Source: Desulfotalea psychrophila LSv54 (lineage in GTDB: Bacteria > Desulfobacterota > Desulfobulbia > Desulfobulbales > Desulfocapsaceae). Taken from it: 32,000 bases of DNA. How positions within the stretch are numbered: the stretch's first letter is position 1; each line of letters begins with the position of its first letter. The stretch spans positions 2,850,001 to 2,882,000 of the forward strand of contig NC_006138.1 in NCBI RefSeq assembly GCF_000025945.1, given 5' to 3'. A model generated the notes under the pieces. That model had not been told where the DNA came from. It ran no database searches and was given only the letters and a program-made list of their open reading frames with translations. Position numbers and translations under genes: made by a program. Shown here piece by piece: positions 24,687 to 32,000 of the stretch.

Positions 24687-26315
24687 ATGATACATTTAAC
24701 CAATATCCACAAACAGTATGGTTCGCAGGTGTTATTCCGCGGTGCCAGCCTGCAGGTTTTACCCGCAACTCGTACTGGCCTTGTCGGGGCCAATGGTGCA
24801 GGCAAGACATCTGTCTTTCGCCTTATGATGGGCGAAGAAGAGGCGGATAAGGGCGAAATTTCCTGTTCCAAAAAAACGGTGATTGGCTATTTTTCCCAGG
24901 ATGTGGGAGAGATGTCCGGTAGGTCTGTCCTTGACGAGGTGATGTCGGCCGCAGGCGAGATTGTTGCCATGGGCGCAAGAATGAGGGAGATGGAAGCCCG
25001 GATGGGCGAACCCATGAGCGACGATGAGATGGCCGCCCTCCTAGAAGAGTACGGCAACACCGTCGATGCCTTTGAGCACCGTGGTGGCTACGAGCTGGAC
25101 TCCCAAGCCAAGGAGATCCTGACCGGCCTGCGCTTTAGCAACTCCGATCTGATTCTGCCCGTCGAAAGTTTTAGTGGTGGCTGGAAGATGCGAATCGCCC
25201 TTGCTAAAATCCTTCTGATCGGCCCCGATGTACTCCTCCTCGATGAGCCCACTAACCACCTTGATATAGAGTCCATACTCTGGCTTGAATCATGGCTGAC
25301 CAATGAATTCAAGGGGGCCCTGCTTATGACCTGCCATGACCGGGAATTCATGAACAGGATTGTTTCCCGAATCATTGAGATTGGCAACGAAGGAGCCACC
25401 ACCTATGGCGGTGACTACGACTTCTACCTCAAGGAAAGGGAAATACGCCGGGAACAGCTACTGGCAAGTTATCGTCGACAGCAGGAGATGCTGTCTAAAG
25501 AAGAAGATTTTATCGCCAAATTTGCTGCTCGGGTCTCCCATGCAGCCCAGGTCCAGTCCCGGATAAAAAAGCTTGATAAGATTGAGCGCATTGTCCTGCC
25601 TCCCGAACAGAGGGTGATGAAGTTTGACTTCCCCGTCCCACCTCGAAGTGGAGACGATGTCCTTCATCTGAAGGACCTTGGTAAAGAGTGGCAGACTGCC
25701 CATGGTGAGATCAAACCTGTTTTCAGCGGCCTCACAGGCTCTATTCGCAGGTTGGAAAAAATTGCCCTGGTCGGGGTCAACGGTGCAGGTAAATCAACCC
25801 TGCTCAAGGTGATCACAGGCCAGACCGAAGCCACAAGCGGAGAGGTGCTTACCGGCGCCAGTCTCGCAACCGGCTATTTCAGTCAGCACAGTATGGATCT
25901 GCTCTATCCTGGCCAGACTGTCTTTGAGGCAGTTCAAGAAACCCTACCACTTGAAAATATAGGCACCATTCGAAATCTTCTGGCAGCTTTTTTATTCCAG
26001 GGAGACGACGTAGATAAGAAAATTTCCTCCCTTTCGGGCGGCGAAAAAAGTCGTGTGGTGCTGGCAAAAATGCTTGCCCAACCTCTCAACTTTCTGGTCC
26101 TTGATGAGCCTACCAACCACCTTGATATTCAGTCACGCGAGGTACTGCTCAAGGCACTCAAGAAGTTTGAAGGCACCCTTATTTTAGTAAGCCACGACCG
26201 GCACTTTCTACGCTCGCTCGTTAACCGTGTATTTGAGATCGACCACGGCGAAATGCGTAGCTATGAGGGAGATTATGATTATTATCTCCGTGAACACGAA
26301 AAGCATAACATTTAA
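24687..26315 (+). CDS. ABC-F family ATPase (two ABC domains, no membrane domain)
   Basis: 542-aa ORF. Two Walker A motifs (GANGAGKTS, GVNGAGKST), two signature motifs (FSGGWKMR, LSGGEKSR), two Walker B motifs (LLLDEPTNHLD, LVLDEPTNHLD) and an inter-domain linker. Confidence 0.92.
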   Translation: MIHLTNIHKQYGSQVLFRGASLQVLPATRTGLVGANGAGKTSVFRLMMGEEEADKGEISCSKKTVIGYFSQDVGEMSGRSVLDEVMSAAGEIVAMGARMREMEARMGEPMSDDEMAALLEEYGNTVDAFEHRGGYELDSQAKEILTGLRFSNSDLILPVESFSGGWKMRIALAKILLIGPDVLLLDEPTNHLDIESILWLESWLTNEFKGALLMTCHDREFMNRIVSRIIEIGNEGATTYGGDYDFYLKEREIRREQLLASYRRQQEMLSKEEDFIAKFAARVSHAAQVQSRIKKLDKIERIVLPPEQRVMKFDFPVPPRSGDDVLHLKDLGKEWQTAHGEIKPVFSGLTGSIRRLEKIALVGVNGAGKSTLLKVITGQTEATSGEVLTGASLATGYFSQHSMDLLYPGQTVFEAVQETLPLENIGTIRNLLAAFLFQGDDVDKKISSLSGGEKSRVVLAKMLAQPLNFLVLDEPTNHLDIQSREVLLKALKKFEGTLILVSHDRHFLRSLVNRVFEIDHGEMRSYEGDYDYYLREHEKHNI

Positions 26316-26330
26316 GTTTAAGGATATACC

Positions 26331-27878
26331 ATGATACATGCATCCGACATAGCCCTCTCCTACGGCAAAAGGGTTATTTTCAAAGACGTTAATATTAAAT
26401 TCACCGCTGGTAACTGCTATGGCCTTATCGGGGCTAACGGCGCAGGAAAATCTACCTTTCTCAAAATTCTCTCCGGGCAAATTGATGCCGATAAGGGCGA
26501 AGTTTTTGTTGGAGCCAGAGAAAGAATTGCCATCCTCAACCAGGATCAGTTCGCCTACGACGAAACAACTGTTGCCCACACCGTACTCATGGGGCACAAG
26601 CGCCTGCACGAGATCATGGTTGAACGCGAGACCCTCTACGCCAAAACCGATTTCACCGAAGAGGATGGTATCCGCAGTGGCGAACTTGAAGGTGAATTTG
26701 CCGAGATGAACGGCTACGAGGTGGAGTCTGAGGCTGCGGCCCTGCTCAGTGGTTTGGGCGTCGGTGAAGAGCTGCGCGAGAAGAAGATGCGCGAGTTAGA
26801 AGGTGGACAGAAGGTACGAGTACTTCTTGCCCAGGCCCTTTTCGGTAACCCTGACATCCTCCTCCTCGATGAGCCAACAAACAACCTCGACAGCAAATCT
26901 ATTAACTGGCTGGAAGGATTCCTCGAACGATTTCAGAACACCGTTATCATCGTCTCCCATGATAGACACTTTCTCAATCAGGTCTGTACTCATATGGCCG
27001 ATATTGATTATGGACATATCCAAACCTATGCGGGTAACTATGACTTCTGGCTCCAGGCAAGTGAACTTGCCCAGCACCAACGCCAAGATGCCAACCGTAA
27101 GGCGGAAACCAAGGCCAAAGATCTGAAAGATTTTATTGCCCGTTTCTCCTCCAATGCATCAAAGGCCAAACAGGCAACTTCCCGTAAAAAGCTTCTTGAT
27201 AAACTTGAAATCGGCGATCTTCCAACCTCTTCACGAAAATACCCATTCATCCACTTTAAGCCGGGTAGAAGCTGTGGGGATATTATCCTTGAGGTAAAGG
27301 ATCTCTGTAAAAACATTGACGGGGTACAGGTTCTCAATAACTTCAATCTTGTGATCAATAAGGGTGAGAAAATAGGCTTTGTAGGTCTCAACGGCCCGGC
27401 AATCGCCGCTCTCTTTCAAATTCTTGCTGGCGAAATGGAACCAGACAGCGGCTCCTGTCGTTGGGGAATCACCATGACTGCCTCATATTTTCCACGAGAG
27501 AACAGTGCCTTCTTTGCAAAGGATGTCACCCTCGTTGATTGGTTGAGCGAATATACCCCTGTGACTGAAGGCGAGAGTTATGCCCGAGGTTTCCTAGGCA
27601 AAATGCTCTTCTCCGGCGAAGAGGCCACCAAGAAGACCAGTGTCCTCTCCGGTGGCGAAAAAGTGCGCTGCATGCTCTCAAAGATGATGCTCAGCGATGC
27701 TAACGCCCTCATCCTCGATGAACCGACAAACCATCTTGATCTGGAATCAATCACGGCCCTCAATGAGGGACTGCAAAATTTTACCGAGATTATCCTCTTC
27801 TCATCCCACGATCAGACTCTGATGAATACCGTAGCCAACCGACTCATTGAGATCCTGCCCCGGTGGCGTGATCGATAA
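26331..27878 (+). CDS. ybiT: ABC-F family ATPase, YbiT-like; C-terminal frame apparently shifted
   Basis: Close resemblance to my recollection of E. coli YbiT (not aligned) (YGLIGANGAGKSTF.KIL.G, RVLLAQALF..PDILLLDEPTNNLD, SHDRHFLN.VCTHMADIDYG). The annotated frame ends ...IEILPRWRDR*. The +1 frame after the C4 run (27858-27861) reads GGVIDKMIPYDEYL*, ends at 27906, and matches the conserved YbiT tail. Confidence 0.88.
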   Translation: MIHASDIALSYGKRVIFKDVNIKFTAGNCYGLIGANGAGKSTFLKILSGQIDADKGEVFVGARERIAILNQDQFAYDETTVAHTVLMGHKRLHEIMVERETLYAKTDFTEEDGIRSGELEGEFAEMNGYEVESEAAALLSGLGVGEELREKKMRELEGGQKVRVLLAQALFGNPDILLLDEPTNNLDSKSINWLEGFLERFQNTVIIVSHDRHFLNQVCTHMADIDYGHIQTYAGNYDFWLQASELAQHQRQDANRKAETKAKDLKDFIARFSSNASKAKQATSRKKLLDKLEIGDLPTSSRKYPFIHFKPGRSCGDIILEVKDLCKNIDGVQVLNNFNLVINKGEKIGFVGLNGPAIAALFQILAGEMEPDSGSCRWGITMTASYFPRENSAFFAKDVTLVDWLSEYTPVTEGESYARGFLGKMLFSGEEATKKTSVLSGGEKVRCMLSKMMLSDANALILDEPTNHLDLESITALNEGLQNFTEIILFSSHDQTLMNTVANRLIEILPRWRDR

Positions 27879-28217
27879 AATGATTCCCTACGATGAGTAC
27901 TTGTAAATGCAGAGGTTAAAGCCTTGCAGAAGAAGTACAGCAACTAACCATCGAAAAACAGGCGTTTTTTTATAGGGTGACTGTCTGAACATTGATGTCA
28001 CCCCATGCCCCTGAGCAAGACGATAGTTAGAAAACTCTAAAGTTTTTTATACTATCGTCTTCACATTTGCAAAAAAGATGATTAAGTTGGCTTCCTGACT
28101 CCAAAACTGGAGACGGAACAACATAGACTGGCAGCAAGAGACAACGACTCTCGTTCTCTGCCTGCTATTTCAGATCAAAGATGGGTGCAAAACGCCACAG
28201 TACATTAGGAATCACAG

Positions 28218-29276
28218 ATGGCCACAAAAAAACAAGCTACTACTGCTTCACTGACTCTTCCCTCATTTGACGTTCCATCCCATCCCCTCAGGACACCCAT
28301 GACTCCTGAGGCAAAGAATGCCCTAAAGGATGAGATAAAGACCCTGCTCAAAGAGCAAAACGGGGTCTTGGTCGCTCATTACTATACCGATGGTGACATA
28401 CAGGATCTTGCCGAAGAGACAGGCGGTTGTGTTGCCGACTCACTGGAGATGGCCCGTTTTGGCACCGAACACCCTGCCGACACCCTGGTGGTTGCCGGAG
28501 TGAAGTTCATGGGTGAGACCGCAAAGATTCTCAACAATGAGAAGCGAGTCCTTATGCCTGATCTGGCTGCAACCTGCTCATTAGACGAAGGTTGCCCCAG
28601 CGATATTTTCTCTGATTTTTGCGATCAATACCCTGATCACACCGTGGTTGTTTATGCCAACACCAGTGCTGCCGTAAAAGCCCGGGCTGACTGGGTCGTT
28701 ACCTCTGGAATTGCCCTCTCCATCATTGACCATCTTGCTAAAAAGGGTGAAAAGATCCTTTGGGGCCCCGACCGTCATCTCGGTGGCTACGTTCAGCGCC
28801 TCACCGGAGCTGAGATGATCTTCTGGCCCGGTTCCTGCGTTGTCCACGAAGAGTTTAAGGCAGCAGCCCTTGAATTGCTCCGAGCCAAACATCCCGAAGC
28901 AGCGATTCTTGTTCATCCAGAATCACCTGCCTCGATTGTGGCTCAGGCCGATGTGATTGGCTCCACCACCGCCCTTATTAAAGCCGTGCAGAGTATGCCA
29001 AACAAGGAATTTATTGTAGCCACAGACATGGGTATCTTCAACAAGATGCGCCAGTTGGCTCCTGATAAGGTTCTTATTGAAGCACCCACCGCCGGCGAAG
29101 GCGCCACCTGCCACAGCTGTGCAAACTGCCCGTGGATGGGCATGAACTCTCTAGAGAAAATTGCCCATAGTCTGCGTACAGGTGCAGGAGAGATCCTCGT
29201 CTCTCCGGAGCTGGCCGTCAAGGCCGTACTCCCGATTCGCCGCATGCTAGACTTTGCCAAGACCCTGAAGAAATAG
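28218..29276 (+). CDS. nadA: Quinolinate synthase
   Basis: 352-aa ORF with NadA hallmarks ([43 protein letters not shown]). Confidence 0.96.
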   Translation: MATKKQATTASLTLPSFDVPSHPLRTPMTPEAKNALKDEIKTLLKEQNGVLVAHYYTDGDIQDLAEETGGCVADSLEMARFGTEHPADTLVVAGVKFMGETAKILNNEKRVLMPDLAATCSLDEGCPSDIFSDFCDQYPDHTVVVYANTSAAVKARADWVVTSGIALSIIDHLAKKGEKILWGPDRHLGGYVQRLTGAEMIFWPGSCVVHEEFKAAALELLRAKHPEAAILVHPESPASIVAQADVIGSTTALIKAVQSMPNKEFIVATDMGIFNKMRQLAPDKVLIEAPTAGEGATCHSCANCPWMGMNSLEKIAHSLRTGAGEILVSPELAVKAVLPIRRMLDFAKTLKK

Positions 29277-29308
29277 CCCAAGGCCAGCCAACAGGTTAAG
29301 AACTCAAC

Positions 29309-29342
29309 AAAAGGGGCGATATAATGATATCGCCCCTTTTTT
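29309..29342. terminator. Bidirectional intrinsic terminator between nadA and the convergent glycosyltransferase gene
   Basis: Stem GGGGCGATAT (29313-29322) / ATATCGCCCC (29327-29336), flanked by AAAA upstream and TTTTTT downstream. Confidence 0.75.
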
Positions 29343-29379
29343 GTTCCCCCACCCTGCCCATGCCCTAAACAGGCTGAAA

Positions 29380-30474
29380 TTATTCGGCCAACAGCCACTG
29401 CCTATAAGCATCGGCCAGGCTCGTCCAACTAAAACCCTCGGTCATAGCCACCGCCTGCTGAGAACCCACCTTCCCCCCCTCATCAAGAAGAGACTGCAAC
29501 CTATTGGTCAGCTGCCCCTCATCATACAGATATTCCTCGGCAAAAAGTTCTGGATAGGAGAGGCGACGTGGCAGGAGCGGCACACAACCTGCACGCACAG
29601 CCTCAATAACGGCAACACCATAAAATTCATGGATTGCAGTGGAAACCACAATATCAGCCCTCTGTAAAAGCTGAGCATAGGCCTCATAGCTTTCTGCATA
29701 GCCAAAATGGATCATCTCCTCCCTGAAGGCAACCTCGGCCTGAGCAAAACAGGCAGGGCTATTACGAAAGGATTGGCCCAGGACAATCAGACGAAAGGCA
29801 ATACCCCGACTCTGCAGTTGAGTAAGGGCTGCAAAAAATTCTTCTGGATTTTTGTCATGCTCCCAGCGATGATTCCAGACAATAACAGGCGCTCCAGCCT
29901 CGGGTACTGGGGACAAAGAGATGGCATCGATGCTGGTAAAATCAAGACCCGGATAGAGGACACAGCTCTTCTCCTCCAGTTCGACAAGCAGCCGGGGAAG
30001 CTTCATATCAGATGCATAGCTTAAATACCGCCTGCAGCTCTCTAAAAAAGATTGGCGATTAAAAACACTGTTAAAGGCAATCCGATCACTGGCCAGGGCT
30101 GTGGTAAAATTAATTGCCGTAAATTGACGATTATCCGGGGCGGCCTCCTGATTGGGATAGACAAACTGATTCTCGTGAAAATAGGTACAAAAAAGGGTGG
30201 CAGGGTTCCAACCCTTAAGGCTTGAAACGAGGGCCCTTAAAACGGCAACATCGACAAAGGTTGAGCAGAGAACAGTATCAAAAAAACGTTCTTCAGGAAG
30301 CAGTTCGCCAAGAGATTGGACAAACCAGGGCGCAGAGAGCTGCATACGCATCTTCCATTTACGGGCAGGCAGGGTCATAAAGAGACAATCCGCTTCAACG
30401 ACGCCCTCGATTTTGTCAAGAAACTGTTTATGGGAGCCCCCATAGTATGGTTCAAGGATAAGAATTTTTTTCAT
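29380..30474 (-). CDS. DUF3524-containing GT4 glycosyltransferase (homologue of eukaryotic GTDC1/tRNA-queuosine alpha-mannosyltransferase family)
   Basis: 364-aa ORF. Its N-terminus ILILEPYYGGSHKQF...LTLPARKWKMRM...YFHENQ is characteristic of DUF3524. The C-terminal half is GT-B/GT4-like (VWNHRWEHDKNPE, EFYGVAVIEA.RAGC.PL). Confidence 0.78.
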   Translation of the reverse strand: MKKILILEPYYGGSHKQFLDKIEGVVEADCLFMTLPARKWKMRMQLSAPWFVQSLGELLPEERFFDTVLCSTFVDVAVLRALVSSLKGWNPATLFCTYFHENQFVYPNQEAAPDNRQFTAINFTTALASDRIAFNSVFNRQSFLESCRRYLSYASDMKLPRLLVELEEKSCVLYPGLDFTSIDAISLSPVPEAGAPVIVWNHRWEHDKNPEEFFAALTQLQSRGIAFRLIVLGQSFRNSPACFAQAEVAFREEMIHFGYAESYEAYAQLLQRADIVVSTAIHEFYGVAVIEAVRAGCVPLLPRRLSYPELFAEEYLYDEGQLTNRLQSLLDEGGKVGSQQAVAMTEGFSWTSLADAYRQWLLAE

Positions 30475-30482
30475 TTTATATC

Positions 30483-30971
30483 TCAGAGGCGGGAAGAGAA
30501 CTCTCCACCGGCCTGCTTTTTAATTTTTTTATCAAGAACCTGGCTGAAAGATCTCTTCTCCACAAATTGATAGTGGCAACCCGTCGGCAATTCTCCACCA
30601 CAGAGCAGGAGATCCTTATGAGGAAAGCCTCGACAGACGGCGGGACGATTAGAATAATCCCCGCAAAGACCATCCTCACTGAGATGACAACAGGTAAAGA
30701 GCAGGTAGCCCTGGCCATCCCTGCCAGTCAGGATAAAACGTTCATATTCAGGATTTGAGCGAACAAGGCCAGCGAAGGTCGTAGCTGAACGAAGCCAACC
30801 ATCCGGCCCCTCCAGACTTAGACTGCGACAACAGGCACCACATCGGCCACAATCTCCTGCTACAAACAACTCGGTTTCAGAAAGGCGAAGTTTACCCTGA
30901 AGAAGTAGCCCCCTATAAGAAAATTTTCGCAGGCTCTGCCAAAGGGCGAGCAGTCTATCCATTTTTTTCAT
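30483..30971 (-). CDS. YkgJ family (CxxCxxCC) cysteine-cluster protein
   Basis: 162-aa ORF with CGRCGACCR plus downstream Cys motifs (FTCCHL..DGLCGDY..RPAVCRGFP). Its stop lies 8 nt before the glycosyltransferase ATG. Confidence 0.8.
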   Translation of the reverse strand: MKKMDRLLALWQSLRKFSYRGLLLQGKLRLSETELFVAGDCGRCGACCRSLSLEGPDGWLRSATTFAGLVRSNPEYERFILTGRDGQGYLLFTCCHLSEDGLCGDYSNRPAVCRGFPHKDLLLCGGELPTGCHYQFVEKRSFSQVLDKKIKKQAGGEFSSRL

Positions 30972-31087
30972 TTTTACTTGCCTTGAACTTCCCTATGGTT
31001 CATTGTAAACAGTCTAGCATGGCCAGTTCTACAGCGAGTAACTACCAAAATTCCACTAAGAGTTCATCGATTCTATAACCAACAGCT

Positions 31088-31906
31088 ATGAAAAACATAA
31101 GACACATATACTATGTATCTGAAAACACAGGCCTACTGGCAAAAGACTCGGGCAAATCCCTACTCTGCCAATTTCCAGGGGTTGAATTCCAGGAAGAACT
31201 CCTACCCTTTATCCGAACTAAGGATGATGCCCAAAGAACCATCAATGCCATCAGAGAAAAATGCGGTGAAGAAAAACCTATTATTTTTTCCACCATCTTT
31301 GATCCAGAGATAAACAAAATCCTCCAGCACGAGGATGTTATCCTCCTTAATATCTGTGAACCATTCCTCACTCAACTTGAGGGAATGCTTGGAAAAAATG
31401 CCCTCCGTGCAAGTGGTCACTCTCGCAATGTCGATCAACAGATCATGAGCAACAGAGTCGATGCCATCCACTACACCATCTCCCATGACGATGGCACCGC
31501 AATCATGGACTATGAAGAGGCTGATCTTATCATTGTCGGAGTCTCAAGGTCCGGCAAGACTCCCATTTCCGTATTCCTTGCCACTCAGATGGGAATCAAG
31601 ACAGCAAACTACCCTCTGGTTGAACAAGATCTAACCTTCTGTCAACTTCCTGAAGATATTATCAAAAACAAGCACAAGGTGGTGGGACTCTCTATATCAC
31701 CGGATGTACTTCATACCTTTCGCGAACAGAGATATAAGGGCAGCCACTATGCGCAGATGTCTACCTGTAAAAGGGAAACTCTTCAATCAAAAAGAATTTT
31801 TGAAAAATACGATCTCCCCGTTGTCTTCTCCGATGCCAGATCCATTGAAGAGACGGCAACCCAGGTTGCCCAGGAGTTAAGCAAACAATGGAACCCCATC
31901 TTTTAA
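31088..31906 (+). CDS. ppsR: Pyruvate, water dikinase (PEP synthase) regulatory protein, DUF299 kinase/pyrophosphorylase
   Basis: 272-aa ORF with PpsR-like sequence (YYVSE.TG..A...G.SLL.QF, ADLIIVGVSRSGKTP.S.FLA..GIK.ANYPL). Confidence 0.92.
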   Translation: MKNIRHIYYVSENTGLLAKDSGKSLLCQFPGVEFQEELLPFIRTKDDAQRTINAIREKCGEEKPIIFSTIFDPEINKILQHEDVILLNICEPFLTQLEGMLGKNALRASGHSRNVDQQIMSNRVDAIHYTISHDDGTAIMDYEEADLIIVGVSRSGKTPISVFLATQMGIKTANYPLVEQDLTFCQLPEDIIKNKHKVVGLSISPDVLHTFREQRYKGSHYAQMSTCKRETLQSKRIFEKYDLPVVFSDARSIEETATQVAQELSKQWNPIF

Positions 31907-31937
31907 ACCTCTTTAACAATTTTAACACTAAGAAATC

Positions 31938-32000
31938 ATGATAACTACAGAGAGCACCTGCCCCTGCGGCAGCGAAGAACCTTTCGGCAAATGTTGCCTG
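31938..32000 (+). CDS. YchJ/SEC-C-motif family protein, 5' fragment (runs off the window)
   Basis: ATG at 31938. It translates to MITTESTCPCGSEEPFGKCCL, the SecA-C-terminal-like metal-binding motif CPCGS....CC typical of YchJ N-termini. Only 21 codons are visible. Confidence 0.6.
   Translation, partial: MITTESTCPCGSEEPFGKCCL

Noticed and set aside
28063-28217. NAD+ riboswitch (nadA motif) upstream of nadA
   Set aside because: There are two ACAAC-containing stretches. The conserved C-rich bulge and the tandem stem architecture of the nadA motif are not recognisable.
1-32000. CRISPR arrays, rRNA genes, transposases/IS elements, and the many antisense shadow ORFs in the track (e.g. 329-796, 1188-1598, 13243-13539, 15823-16155, 25088-25402)
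   Set aside because: I saw no regularly spaced direct repeats or rRNA-like sequence. The shadow ORFs lie entirely within and opposite to strongly supported genes and lack motifs.

Overview
This looks like a chromosomal segment from an anaerobic, probably Desulfobacterota-like bacterium. The taxon guess rests on gene content only and is low confidence. About 30 protein genes sit on both strands. Housekeeping genes are purC, an RpoD-type sigma factor, metY, nadA, ppsR, tenA, a MutT-type Nudix hydrolase and two tandem ABC-F ATPases. Between them are accessory or poorly understood loci. (1) A complete ORF-containing group II intron (about 6969-9092, minus strand) lies in the spacer between a periplasmic rhodanese gene and metY. 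(2) A nickel superoxide dismutase (sodN) carries a Sec-type signal peptide. (3) A sulfur-flavoured cluster contains two rhodaneses, a TauE/SafE exporter, and a single-subunit 2-hydroxyacyl-CoA-dehydratase/double-cubane-type protein with its HgdC-type ATPase activator. (4) An 860-aa membrane protein couples a Cache and a PAS sensor domain to a DUF294 (GlnD-like) nucleotidyltransferase output. (5) A DUF3524 glycosyltransferase (the family of eukaryotic tRNA-queuosine mannosyltransferase) is apparently co-transcribed with a YkgJ Cys-cluster protein. Two identical tRNA-Glu(CTC) genes, each with its own promoter and terminator, lie 20.7 kb apart. The DNA between them holds the intron, a frameshifted permease gene and a 76-nt remnant of a second satP gene. 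A second homopolymer frameshift clips the C-terminus of the YbiT-like ABC-F gene. I found no CRISPR array, rRNA, integrase or transposase. The best candidates for undescribed biology are the Cache-PAS-DUF294 sensor and the orphan dehydratase-like/activase pair. Every family assignment comes from motif recognition by eye and needs a profile search to confirm.
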